A stretch of DNA of 64,000 bases from a virus (Duplodnaviria > Caudoviricetes), in IMG/VR virus record IMGVR_UViG_3300022305_000561, one strand, 5' to 3'. Position numbers and translations under genes: made by a program. This document shows positions 18,500 through 28,659 of this stretch, one piece after another. Under the pieces are notes generated by a model, which ran no database searches, had not been told where the DNA came from, and saw nothing but the letters and a program-made list of their open reading frames with translations. Every line of letters begins with the position of its first letter. The stretch's first letter is position 1.

Positions 18500-21400
18500 C
18501 TATGCTGTTTTATTTATGGTTGGTAGAGTGATTGTGTCATACCAAACATCGCTACTTGGGGCAAGAGCTAAGTTGCCATAAAATGTAGCTATAGCAAAAG
18601 GATTAACATTTTCGACTCTTGAAGCAAACGGATTATTTATGTAGCTAACTTCTGTATATGGTAAGGTAATTATACCATCATTTGTCACATAGTTGTTGGC
18701 AGTTCTTTCTGAATCTAACACATTAACTTCTGATAACAAGACAGACTCTTGATAGTGTGGAGGATACAACTCGCCCGATGAACTATTTATAAAGCAATTA
18801 TAATCAACATTAGCCACATCTCCTGTGCCGTGATCCGAAAAGGATTCAACAATAAAACCATTTTTATACATATCAACGCCATCTTGATCGGCAATTGACA
18901 AATTGGTTGTTTGTTGTTCAATTAAGGAGAGCGATACATAATATTCAAGGTTTGATATACGCTTATCGAGTTTAGCAATATCCTTCATTGTATATCTAGC
19001 ATTAGATACTGGCGATAATACAACCGTTCTATTAACATCAGCACCATATGGATAGTTAGCTATGATATATAACAACATTGAGGTGTTAGGTATATTTGGT
19101 GGGATAGGTTTCAGCCCAGAAGTACCGTTCAATAATGTAATAGATTTATTAGGGTTAAGGACAACAACATCAACTCTAGGTAAGTAGTATGAATAGTCAA
19201 CATTGATGTTATATCCACTCTTCAAGATTCCAGCAGAGGCAGTATCAAATCCAATTCCGTTATCGTTCCTTACTGGTCTAAAATCTAATGTGTCTCTTAA
19301 TTTTGCTTCTATATTCCCATAAGGGATAGCGTTAGTATACGAATCTACATTAAAATAATCGCCTGCACCATGACTAAAGTATTCAAAAGAGATTCGGATA
19401 GAACCTATAATTTTAATCTCTGGATTAATTCTACTAATGTTACCTAAACCATAAATCAATCCAGTTTGACCAGAATCAAACCTAAATAAGTTTGTTATAT
19501 CAACATTGGCTGGATTTGAAGAATTGATGGCACCAAAAGCATAGGCTTGTTTTACTGCTATTATTCTATAACAATCTGCCTTACCTAATGATATATTAGA
19601 CATAGTTGCAGCAGCAGAAGTTGTCATATCTATAGATAATATAGTTTTTGTTTTTGTTCTTGGTGAGGCAGTTTTAACAACAGCAGCAAATACTGTATAT
19701 GATGTTGATGGGGTAAGTCCATTAGCATATATTGAGGTATTGCTATTTACTGTATATGATGATGGAACTTGAACCGACCCTGAAGTATTATTGACAAACA
19801 TAAAGTTTGTGCTGTTGCTAGTTGGCTCAAAAGATTCGAAAGGATTAGTCAATGACATATCAACACGACCAGCAACGCTGCTTGTGATATTACCTAAAGC
19901 TCTTGTAATATTATAACTTATGTCTATAGTAGCATCATCAGAACCTTTTACTGACCTGATGAACTTATTGGGTAAACCAACAACTGCACTATTATTTACA
20001 TTATTATTAACATTAGCACGAGTTACGACAGCAATACTAGCAGTTGTTGTCAATGAAGCGGAAATTGTAATAGAATTATTGCTTACTATAGTCAAAACTT
20101 TGAAGTAATTGATACTATTAACTGTGATATAATCATTCACTGCCAATTCCGTTGCAAACAGAGTACCAATTCCTGTTACTGTAGTGCCAGCAGATGTAAC
20201 TGATCCTGTGAGGGTAATATTGGCTGGAACTATATCACAAGTAAAATCAAGACCTGATGTGTTATTACAATATATCTGCTTTGCGTTTTTCTCGAATGTG
20301 TATCCTGAAAGCATAGCAATATCATAAACATACAATCTATAATTTGCAGAACCGCTGTCATGTTCTAACCATCTGACTGTAGCAGTACCAACCTTAGTTC
20401 CTACTGCTGTTCCGCCAGATACTGTATAATTATTATACAAATCAACTGATACAAAATCTGTCCCCAACCCTAATGGAGTTGAATACATATTTCTAACTAA
20501 TATGTAAGTGCCATCATATACATTAACAGTGACATTATTTGAACGGGAAAAATCTCTTGCTTTGGTATTTGATAATCTTAGGATACCTGTCTTTGTATAT
20601 TCATATCCTTGAACAAAAGCAGAACCTTCTGATAACTCAACAACATATTTTGTGCTATCCCCATCAGGATATAATCCATTATTAATAAAAACAGATTCTG
20701 CATATTCCCACTTTGCAGTTCCATCTATAAATGGACTAGAAAATGTTGTAGTATATGAGGGAGAAGATGATCCAGAAGTTCCTGCTTGAACGCACTTGTA
20801 TCGATATATGATACCTCCAACAAGAGCATATACTACATCATCCATTTGATAAGGTGTGCTTGGCAACCTAATCCCTAAAGAATTCTTTCTATGTTCTCTC
20901 AATGCTGCATTGAAGTTTTTAACTATATAATCTCCAGACTCATCATAAGTTCTTTTAGCTAGAGTTACTTCTAATTCATTATATGAAGGCATATTCTGTG
21001 ATATTATAACCTCACCAGAATTTATAGACAATAGTTCAACGAAATTGGCGGGTGGTGTAGTATAACTAACCATCTCAAAAGAAGTTGATATTGAATATCT
21101 ATCTGCACCAGGAGCAGAATAGTTTGGAGTACCTTGAGCATTGTCTAATAAAGATTCGTCAGTAGTATATTCAATGATATTCTCAGCCCAAACTATACCA
21201 ACCTTTGCTGTGGGTTGTAAAGATGATAAAGAACTAGAATTAACATACTTTGCCACAACTATATTAGTATATGCAACATCTACAAAATATCCATTGATAT
21301 AATAGATACCAGAACCTATAGAAGCAATAGATCCTTTACCAGTAGAATTTGTTGTTGATGCTAATACTTCATATATGGTTTCATTACCTGTGGCAATATT

Positions 21401-21835
21401 AGATATTGATTCACTATTTAGAAATACAGAACTTGTTGAGCCAGATGAAATATATCTTAGATATAATGTAATTGGGTCTGTGGCGGTGGATGGTTCTGCG
21501 TGTATGACAACAGCAGTAACCCCTGAAGTAGCTCCCTTTACTACAGTTCCTTCTAATAAACTTGCAAAGCTTGCAACAGTATTAGATGATGAGTTGGTAT
21601 TTTGAATAGTTACATAAGACATATCATTATTAAACAATATGTTTCCTGGAACGACAACGGATCCTTCTTTAAATAGATGTTTGCCAATACTATTTACTTG
21701 ATTTTGTAAAATAGATTGAGTTTGATTCAACTCTCTAGTTTGGACAGAATAACCAGGTTTAAAAAGAACCTTTTGAAAATTCTTTGATGCTTCAAAATCA
21801 TCATAGTAAGGTTCTACGTTAAAATTCATTGTCAT
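18500..21835 (-). CDS. DUF4815/VrlC-like virion structural protein, N-terminal half
   Basis: NVEPYYDDF..KVLFKPGYSVQTRELNQTQSILQNQ, APGADR, KRTYDESGDY, LDFRP, YTMKDI..RISNLEYY, NVNPFA. Confidence 0.85.
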   Translation of the reverse strand: MTMNFNVEPYYDDFEASKNFQKVLFKPGYSVQTRELNQTQSILQNQVNSIGKHLFKEGSVVVPGNILFNNDMSYVTIQNTNSSSNTVASFASLLEGTVVKGATSGVTAVVIHAEPSTATDPITLYLRYISSGSTSSVFLNSESISNIATGNETIYEVLASTTNSTGKGSIASIGSGIYYINGYFVDVAYTNIVVAKYVNSSSLSSLQPTAKVGIVWAENIIEYTTDESLLDNAQGTPNYSAPGADRYSISTSFEMVSYTTPPANFVELLSINSGEVIISQNMPSYNELEVTLAKRTYDESGDYIVKNFNAALREHRKNSLGIRLPSTPYQMDDVVYALVGGIIYRYKCVQAGTSGSSSPSYTTTFSSPFIDGTAKWEYAESVFINNGLYPDGDSTKYVVELSEGSAFVQGYEYTKTGILRLSNTKARDFSRSNNVTVNVYDGTYILVRNMYSTPLGLGTDFVSVDLYNNYTVSGGTAVGTKVGTATVRWLEHDSGSANYRLYVYDIAMLSGYTFEKNAKQIYCNNTSGLDFTCDIVPANITLTGSVTSAGTTVTGIGTLFATELAVNDYITVNSINYFKVLTIVSNNSITISASLTTTASIAVVTRANVNNNVNNSAVVGLPNKFIRSVKGSDDATIDISYNITRALGNITSSVAGRVDMSLTNPFESFEPTSNSTNFMFVNNTSGSVQVPSSYTVNSNTSIYANGLTPSTSYTVFAAVVKTASPRTKTKTILSIDMTTSAAATMSNISLGKADCYRIIAVKQAYAFGAINSSNPANVDITNLFRFDSGQTGLIYGLGNISRINPEIKIIGSIRISFEYFSHGAGDYFNVDSYTNAIPYGNIEAKLRDTLDFRPVRNDNGIGFDTASAGILKSGYNINVDYSYYLPRVDVVVLNPNKSITLLNGTSGLKPIPPNIPNTSMLLYIIANYPYGADVNRTVVLSPVSNARYTMKDIAKLDKRISNLEYYVSLSLIEQQTTNLSIADQDGVDMYKNGFIVESFSDHGTGDVANVDYNCFINSSSGELYPPHYQESVLLSEVNVLDSERTANNYVTNDGIITLPYTEVSYINNPFASRVENVNPFAIATFYGNLALAPSSDVWYDTITLPTINKTA

Positions 21836-21872
21836 AACTTTATACTCTTATCATTATTGTTATAGTTATTTA

Positions 21873-23903
21873 TTAGAACTTCAAAACAGTCTGTAATGTG
21901 ACTGTCTGATCATTCGTTTGATAGAACGCTGCTCTATTGTCAATATACAACATATCACCACTGTATTTGTCAATGGTTGGATTTGCTGCTGTATGTACTA
22001 TAAATGATGTTGTGTTGTTTGATAGAACATTTCCAGATACTGGTGTACTGTTAGAGTTAGGTTGCAATAATATTTTTATATCTGTACCTAAAACAATAGT
22101 GGACGAGATTACAGTATAAGTATCTCCAAACTCATCAGTAAGTATCATATCATCAGTTACAGTACCATTTGATAAAATTCCCTGAACCACAAAGCAAGCA
22201 CTGCCTAATGCATTTGAATATGTTAGTTCAGAATCATATTCTTGTATATTTTTTATTATTCCAAACTGACGATAATCATTATTGAAAGAAAAACCAGATA
22301 CATTGGTTCCAGTAATAGTACTATAAAACATTAAGGTATCTGCATGTAGTTCATGCAAGATATGTTTTCCATGTCCTTTGTGTGGTGGTATTATTGCTCT
22401 AGCTGATGCAAGTTCTGTAGGTGTAGTAATAAGGGCTGTAATATTTACAGTAGCATAGGTATACCCAAATCCTCTATTAGTAATAGTTATTTTATGTAAC
22501 TTATTATTTACTATTTCAGCAGTTGCTGTAGCCCCTTCTCCGTCTCCAGTAATATTAATATTTGCTGCAGTATATCCATTTCCTTGGTCGCTAACATGGA
22601 TATAATCTATAGCGCCACTAACAGCTAACAATTCTATGTTAGCCTGAACTGTATCTATATTTCCACCAGATGTAGATATTACTATCTGAGCTGGGGTATC
22701 GGAAATAGTATTACCATATGCAGTAGCCGTAGCGGATCTATATGAATGTCCAGCATTGTCAATAATTACGCCAGTAATTTGACCAGCAGCAACTATAGCA
22801 GATAACTGAGCTTCAACGCCAGTATCACTTTGTACTACTATAGTGGTATTGTTTACATTATAATTAATACCTGGATCATTAAGGATAACGTGTGTAATAA
22901 CTCCATTAACAATAACAGGCGTAATTATAGCAGTTGCATTACCAGTAAATTGTCCAGTACCAGTACCAACTACGGTTAGTGTGGCAGTTGCATATCCAGT
23001 TCCACCAGAAATAATGTCAACAGTTGTTATTTCACCATTTACTGTTGATATTCTAGGACTCAATACTGCACCAACTCCTTTAACATTTCCTGTACCTAGA
23101 CCAGTTCCAACTATTGTAGGAATAATAGCAGACCCAACAATATAGGTTATTCCAGTTGTACCAGCAATGGTATTCCATTGGGTATTTGTGGTTGTACCTA
23201 AGGTATTAATAACATATTGTCTACCTACTACCAACGAACCCATTGCAGTTGTACCACTACTTATGGTGATAGATGCTGTAGTATTAGAAGGGTATCCAGT
23301 TCCAGTATTTACTATAGACACTGTATCTATAGCACCATTATTATAAAAACTGCTATTAATTGCAGTAGTAATAGGAATATATAAATTATTTAAGAATTTT
23401 ACCCTTAATGATAATGGGATATTCATAGCAAATTTCCACTTGTACCCATCAGAAGTAATGAATGGTAAGTCATTATATCCAGTAGGTTTAACAGTAGACA
23501 AACTATTCAGATTATTATCTAGACACAGGTAAAGATTATATTCATCGGTTAATACATAAAAACGTGCTGTATTAATACTAGAAGCTCCTGAATATGACAA
23601 ATTATCTATGGCATAAGAATCATCGTATGTATCATATATTGATGAAGCTTGCCAATTTATTCTCGGCACAACAAAGCTAACATCATTAGAAGCTATTTCT
23701 TTTACTGATATAATATCTTTTCTTGTAGATAGTGCATACTTATATGTTGATAGTGGAGTTTCTATATGCTCTACGCCATTTAATATAGTATAAGGAACTG
23801 TTTTACCTAAAAAGTAATAAAACTTAGAGGATTTTGAGACAATACTGCTATATACAGAATCTGCAATAGTATTATGCATCAATGATGTTATTGCAATAGT
23901 CAT
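21873..23903 (-). CDS. gp8: baseplate wedge subunit
   Basis: VPRINW..YDTYDD, FYVLTDEYNLYLCLDN, DGYKWKF, GHG, DYRQFGII, SGDMLYIDNR. Confidence 0.9.
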   Translation of the reverse strand: MTIAITSLMHNTIADSVYSSIVSKSSKFYYFLGKTVPYTILNGVEHIETPLSTYKYALSTRKDIISVKEIASNDVSFVVPRINWQASSIYDTYDDSYAIDNLSYSGASSINTARFYVLTDEYNLYLCLDNNLNSLSTVKPTGYNDLPFITSDGYKWKFAMNIPLSLRVKFLNNLYIPITTAINSSFYNNGAIDTVSIVNTGTGYPSNTTASITISSGTTAMGSLVVGRQYVINTLGTTTNTQWNTIAGTTGITYIVGSAIIPTIVGTGLGTGNVKGVGAVLSPRISTVNGEITTVDIISGGTGYATATLTVVGTGTGQFTGNATAIITPVIVNGVITHVILNDPGINYNVNNTTIVVQSDTGVEAQLSAIVAAGQITGVIIDNAGHSYRSATATAYGNTISDTPAQIVISTSGGNIDTVQANIELLAVSGAIDYIHVSDQGNGYTAANINITGDGEGATATAEIVNNKLHKITITNRGFGYTYATVNITALITTPTELASARAIIPPHKGHGKHILHELHADTLMFYSTITGTNVSGFSFNNDYRQFGIIKNIQEYDSELTYSNALGSACFVVQGILSNGTVTDDMILTDEFGDTYTVISSTIVLGTDIKILLQPNSNSTPVSGNVLSNNTTSFIVHTAANPTIDKYSGDMLYIDNRAAFYQTNDQTVTLQTVLKF

Positions 23904-23912
23904 TTTATGTTC

Positions 23913-24359
23913 CTAAGAAATAGTAACGGACCATGTAATGGCAATACTATCTCCAGCTTCTTTGGTGACAACAGGAAATGTAGTTCTACATAACATAGAT
24001 CCTGTAGATGCATTATTGAATATCCCTGCTTCTGTTAATGCACCAGTAGAAACCCCAGCACCAAAGGAAGCTATGTAAGTTACTGTATTATTAAGTTGAG
24101 TTGCTGATGAAATTGCAACTCTTGAACCCAATGCAGATTGCAGGGCAGTATTTGCAACGGTAGGAGCATCAACGCCAGCCCCAATGCCCATATGTGACAT
24201 CACTGCATCAACTGCTCCAAGCATTCTTGAAATAATATGAGTCTTTCCCGTGGTAACTACCAAATTTGGAATATGTCTTTTATCTGTAATAATACCATCA
24301 ATGTTTGTTTTGATGATCATTAATTCGCCAGTCATTTTTAGTTGTTCAAATATATTCAT
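23913..24359 (-). CDS. baseplate-associated structural protein
   Basis: NLVVTTGK..MSHMGIG..GALTEAGIFN..MLCRTTF..ITWSVT (tail-fibre/baseplate domain). Confidence 0.65.
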   Translation of the reverse strand: MNIFEQLKMTGELMIIKTNIDGIITDKRHIPNLVVTTGKTHIISRMLGAVDAVMSHMGIGAGVDAPTVANTALQSALGSRVAISSATQLNNTVTYIASFGAGVSTGALTEAGIFNNASTGSMLCRTTFPVVTKEAGDSIAITWSVTIS

Positions 24360-24396
24360 TGTGGTTCCTTTATTAAAGATTATATGTTATTTATGT

Positions 24397-25902
24397 TTAG
24401 AAAGTTTGTAAGGTAGTTCCACAATATGCAAACTCCACATATGTTATATCACAGTACGGATTTGTTGTTATAGCACCACTATCACTTACACTAGTACTAT
24501 CTGAAAAAGCTTTACTAATTGATGCGCTATATACATCTCCAATACTAATACTTTCTGATAGTAGTTTGCTCATACTATAAGTGGAATTATCACTAATAAA
24601 AATAGGATCATGTGGGGTTACTTGAAAAAATCTATTTAATATAGCCAGATATGCTGCTAATGAAATTTCGTTAGATAGGTTTTGTTCACCAAACAATCTC
24701 ATTCCTGCTGGATGTACTAAAGATTTTACTGGATTTTTATAAGAAGTTATAGATTCAGCAGAAGAAATTAGATATGAGAATAACTGATAATAGTGGTCTT
24801 GTAATTTATATACATTAGATAAAAATCCATTTTCATCACCATAAAACCCAGGATATTTACGAACTGCACCAACTTTAATATTAAGTACTGCAGTATACTC
24901 ATCATCGATGCTAGTATTTTCTGTTACTGAAGAGTCGGTATAAAATTCTTGTAAAATAGCACCACAATAAACTGGACTGCCATAATTTTCATCACAATAT
25001 GGATTGGAGGATATTAAACCACTATCTATAAATCCTAAAGTTTTACTAATAATGTTTGGAAATATACTAATAACACTATCTGCAGCAGTTGTAGATGTTA
25101 TAGTGGCATAGAATTCAAAATCATACCCATAACCAAAATTTATTAATTCTACTCCTGTTAGGTTGCCTAATGTGTCAATACTAGTAACTTTAATCTTAGC
25201 GTCTGTTCCTAAATTAGATGGTACTGTAAATAATTGTCCTACATAAAATCCTAATCCAGTTTTATATACAGAAGCTTTTGTAATAGATTTTTGTAATGTT
25301 GCAGTAACATCACCAAAAATTAGAATATCTCCAGAAGATATTGCACTATAATTTATCCGATCTATAAATACTTCAAATAAATTATCAACAGGCCTAATCC
25401 TATTAACAGATACTAGTAATGAAAATTGTGAGTTACTTATACTAACTTGCTGTCCTACAATATCAAAAATATTTCCGCTAGTTACATCAACTAAAAATGA
25501 TAAATCTTGAACCCATGCGCCATCAGAAGACTTGAAGATATAGTCCTTTGGATATTTGATCTCAATTTCAGTATTAAACAAATGCCTAAACAGAATCCTA
25601 AACGATTCCTCAGAACCTTTAGTTGAATAGAAATCCTTTATGTGCTTTAGAAAGAATTTATCATCTTTAATATCTGTTTTTGGTAGATCAATCCCAAACT
25701 CATTACATAACGATTCAACAAATTTGTCTAATGTTGTATCAATATCTCTGATTGTTGATAAGTTACCAACCCCAGATAGTTCTGTTTCCTTTAAGAATGT
25801 ATAATATAGTTCAACGAATCTTGTGAATTTAGGATAATCCTCAACTACAAATTCAGGGAACTGGTTAGCTATTACAGACGATGCAGGTATTTTATAAGCC
25901 AT
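24397..25902 (-). CDS. gp7: baseplate wedge initiator (short gp7-like)
   Basis: QFPEFV.EDYP.F..FVELYY, IKDFYSTKGSEESFRILFR, YYQLFSY..VHPAGM. Confidence 0.75.
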   Translation of the reverse strand: MAYKIPASSVIANQFPEFVVEDYPKFTRFVELYYTFLKETELSGVGNLSTIRDIDTTLDKFVESLCNEFGIDLPKTDIKDDKFFLKHIKDFYSTKGSEESFRILFRHLFNTEIEIKYPKDYIFKSSDGAWVQDLSFLVDVTSGNIFDIVGQQVSISNSQFSLLVSVNRIRPVDNLFEVFIDRINYSAISSGDILIFGDVTATLQKSITKASVYKTGLGFYVGQLFTVPSNLGTDAKIKVTSIDTLGNLTGVELINFGYGYDFEFYATITSTTAADSVISIFPNIISKTLGFIDSGLISSNPYCDENYGSPVYCGAILQEFYTDSSVTENTSIDDEYTAVLNIKVGAVRKYPGFYGDENGFLSNVYKLQDHYYQLFSYLISSAESITSYKNPVKSLVHPAGMRLFGEQNLSNEISLAAYLAILNRFFQVTPHDPIFISDNSTYSMSKLLSESISIGDVYSASISKAFSDSTSVSDSGAITTNPYCDITYVEFAYCGTTLQTF

Positions 25903-25904
25903 TG

Positions 25905-27704
25905 TTATCTACTAGGCGAAAAGATATAATCTGACCCTACAACTTTCGTTTCGGCTACTGCTGAAACAGAGAGCGTTAATGGGTCTATCCTAACAATATG
26001 ATCCCTGACTGAGACTATATCATTAGATTGTAATTTCATAGTAATCACAAAATCTGATTCTGTTAGGTTTGTAATATTTAAAGCATTGAGTTGAATCTTA
26101 CCTATGGAATAATCTACAGTACCTTGAGTTGAATTGGTAATAACCCTATTTCTATTTACATCCAAATAGAATCTTTGTAATTTACCTAACCCATCATCAT
26201 TAATGTATTGAACCTTCGTATCGCCAGCAACATAAAATCCATTAGACATAATAGAGTCTTCTGGCACACCAGCTTCATATATTGGGTTATCAACATGAAA
26301 CAAATAATTAGCAGTAATGTTAAATTTTGGAGCAACCTTTCTGCTTATAGTCAAATAAGTTATATTGCTTGTTATTGAAGTATCTGTTGCATCTATAAGA
26401 CTTAACACTTTAGAATATCTGAATATAGAGTCAAACTTTTTCAAATCTGTATCATTATACCCCAATATGTTATTTGTTACATTAGTAATCAATTGTGTAG
26501 AAGATAATGTAGTCAAGTTTGGATTATAGTATATTGTACTATGTAATTTTATGTTTAGGTAGAATGGGTCTACAAACTCAGGTGTGATCGTTAAAATCTT
26601 TTTTGATTTAAGAATTTCTTCCTTAATCATAGATTTCTCATTTGCTGATAACACTGAACTAGTTTTGGGTGCTATTGATATAAACACTTTACCGTATACT
26701 GGAGGAATATTCTCATCTCCACCCCAAACTTGGATTGAATCAACATTAGTGAAGTTGTTTAATATTATTGATTTATAATCTTCATTAGTTACTGCTCTAT
26801 TTGAGGCGCTGTAACTTTTTGGTGCATTATGTTTTATTTCATCAATAGTTTCAGGATCAGCCCCACCAGATGATGCAGATATGGTAGAAATAACAGATTG
26901 CCCTAGAAGACTACAAGCAAATAATTTGGCTCCATTTGCAGCACCCTTATTAGTAACCACATAAGATAACTGAACCACGTTGCCGTTTGTCACAGCCTTA
27001 CCTATTCTGTCATTACCAAACTGAATCTCATACTGACCATTCTCAATCTCTTTGAGGAAATAGACAGCATCTGTTGAATTTATAGTTAATACATCTAAGG
27101 CTCTTCTAAACTTAGTAACGTTGCTTGAGCTGGCACTATCTCTGACATTAATAGTCAATGTTGATATATCACAATTAGCATTTGATATACGATATCTAGC
27201 AGAATCAGACACCACATAAGATTGAGTTAAAGGAGTTCCCTCTATCAACTTAACGTTGTTGAATGTGTACTTACCTGCTATGTTTATTGTTGTATATGAT
27301 GCATCAGTATAAAACACATAAGAAGTTCCATTGACTGTAGTAGTGAATGGTGTCAACTCACTCAATACTAACGTATCAGGAGTGTTGCTTACATTAGATA
27401 TGACTATATTAACAGTTGCTCTTGAAGTTGTTGCAGACCTTGGAAGGTAACCCAACTCAAATGCTCTTGATACAACACTTTCCCTTTTTGCCGCTGAATC
27501 GAGAAACGATTCATTAACAGCCAAGTTGGTATATAGTGCATTGTAATGTGTATTGTATGATAATACATCTAACAGGACAGATAGACCTGAACCCTCAAAA
27601 TCATAATCAGAAAGGTCTGATTGACCCCTAAGGAATGTCTTAAAATTGGATTTGATGTTATCAAAATCTAATTCTGTAGTCGTTATGTTGTTATTCGTAG
27701 CCAC
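25905..27704 (-). CDS. gp6: baseplate wedge subunit
   Basis: ELDFDNIK, DYDFEGSGLSVLLDVLSYNTHY, NESFLDSA, RAVTNEDY, WGGDENIPPVYGKVFI. Confidence 0.96.
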   Translation of the reverse strand: MATNNNITTTELDFDNIKSNFKTFLRGQSDLSDYDFEGSGLSVLLDVLSYNTHYNALYTNLAVNESFLDSAAKRESVVSRAFELGYLPRSATTSRATVNIVISNVSNTPDTLVLSELTPFTTTVNGTSYVFYTDASYTTINIAGKYTFNNVKLIEGTPLTQSYVVSDSARYRISNANCDISTLTINVRDSASSSNVTKFRRALDVLTINSTDAVYFLKEIENGQYEIQFGNDRIGKAVTNGNVVQLSYVVTNKGAANGAKLFACSLLGQSVISTISASSGGADPETIDEIKHNAPKSYSASNRAVTNEDYKSIILNNFTNVDSIQVWGGDENIPPVYGKVFISIAPKTSSVLSANEKSMIKEEILKSKKILTITPEFVDPFYLNIKLHSTIYYNPNLTTLSSTQLITNVTNNILGYNDTDLKKFDSIFRYSKVLSLIDATDTSITSNITYLTISRKVAPKFNITANYLFHVDNPIYEAGVPEDSIMSNGFYVAGDTKVQYINDDGLGKLQRFYLDVNRNRVITNSTQGTVDYSIGKIQLNALNITNLTESDFVITMKLQSNDIVSVRDHIVRIDPLTLSVSAVAETKVVGSDYIFSPSR

Positions 27705-27715
27705 AGTATATCCTT

Positions 27716-28330
27716 TTAACGTGCTCTTTCCAATACTAAGTCAATTCTTAGTGGTTGTGTAGTATTTATAATCTGAAAATAGATGGTTACATTAGCAGAG
27801 TATGATTCAGAATTCATATCAACTATTACGTTCAATAATTGAACTCTAGGTTCATATCCAGTAATAACATCGGTGATAGAATGTTGTAAAAGTATTTGGG
27901 TCATTGGAGTTGCAAGTTCAAACATAAGAGCTTTGACTTGAGAACCTATCTGACTATGAAACGGTCTTTCGTAGTTCATAGTCAAGACCAAATGTTTAAT
28001 TGATGCTTTTATAGCATTAGCATCAGCCTTGATTGATATATCAGCAGGAGTTGAATACTTGAATGTACTATTGGTAGTTGGTTGAGATACACCCGTATAT
28101 AGTTCTAATGATGTATTTGAAGTTATAGTTTTGACCTTACCAATAAGTTTTGATTCCACATATAGGTTATCGTGTTCTGCCATTGCAGATACAAATAAAC
28201 TATCAGCACCAACTACTGTTGTTGAGTTAAGGGTAGTCGTTATGGTTCCAATTCCTGTGTGTCTATCTTGTGAAGATGGCGCAGGTAGGAAGTTGAGGTC
28301 TATGTCTGTAAATGTTCTTGTATTTTTCAT
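27716..28330 (-). CDS. gp25: baseplate wedge subunit with an inserted beta domain
   Basis: FTDIDLNF, AIKASIKHLVLT..ERPF..IGS, YEPRV; about 65-aa insertion after the N-terminus. Confidence 0.88.
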   Translation of the reverse strand: MKNTRTFTDIDLNFLPAPSSQDRHTGIGTITTTLNSTTVVGADSLFVSAMAEHDNLYVESKLIGKVKTITSNTSLELYTGVSQPTTNSTFKYSTPADISIKADANAIKASIKHLVLTMNYERPFHSQIGSQVKALMFELATPMTQILLQHSITDVITGYEPRVQLLNVIVDMNSESYSANVTIYFQIINTTQPLRIDLVLERAR

Positions 28331-28347
28331 ATAAGTATTTATTCCTA

Positions 28348-28650
28348 TTATCCTGCAAACACTGAACCTGAGCCAGATGATATTGACCCAGAATCTGCTG
28401 AGTCTCCATTCCTAGCAATAGCAATGCCATCAACAAATACTGAACTTGATCCAGCATTTATAACAGCAGTATGTGGAACACAAGCATTTCCAGCTGGTAT
28501 CGTATGAACTGTTATAGCATCCCCTAACCTACAAGCACCAATGCCATCAACAAATACTGAACTTGATCCTGCTTGAGTTGAAGTCGTTCCTGTACAACCA
28601 TGCCCTGTACTTACTGAATCAGTCCCACTTTTCCTTGCTACTGCTGGCAT
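28348..28650 (-). CDS. gp5.4: PAAR-repeat spike tip protein
   Basis: PAVAR, GACRLGD, AIARNGD with His/Cys metal ligands; adjacent to gp5. Confidence 0.92.
   Translation of the reverse strand: MPAVARKSGTDSVSTGHGCTGTTSTQAGSSSVFVDGIGACRLGDAITVHTIPAGNACVPHTAVINAGSSSVFVDGIAIARNGDSADSGSISSGSGSVFAG
28422..28569. repeat. 31-nt perfect direct repeat inside the PAAR gene
   Basis: caatgccatcaacaaatactgaacttgatcc at 28422-28452 and 28539-28569. Confidence 0.9.
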
Positions 28651-28659
28651 ATCTAATCC

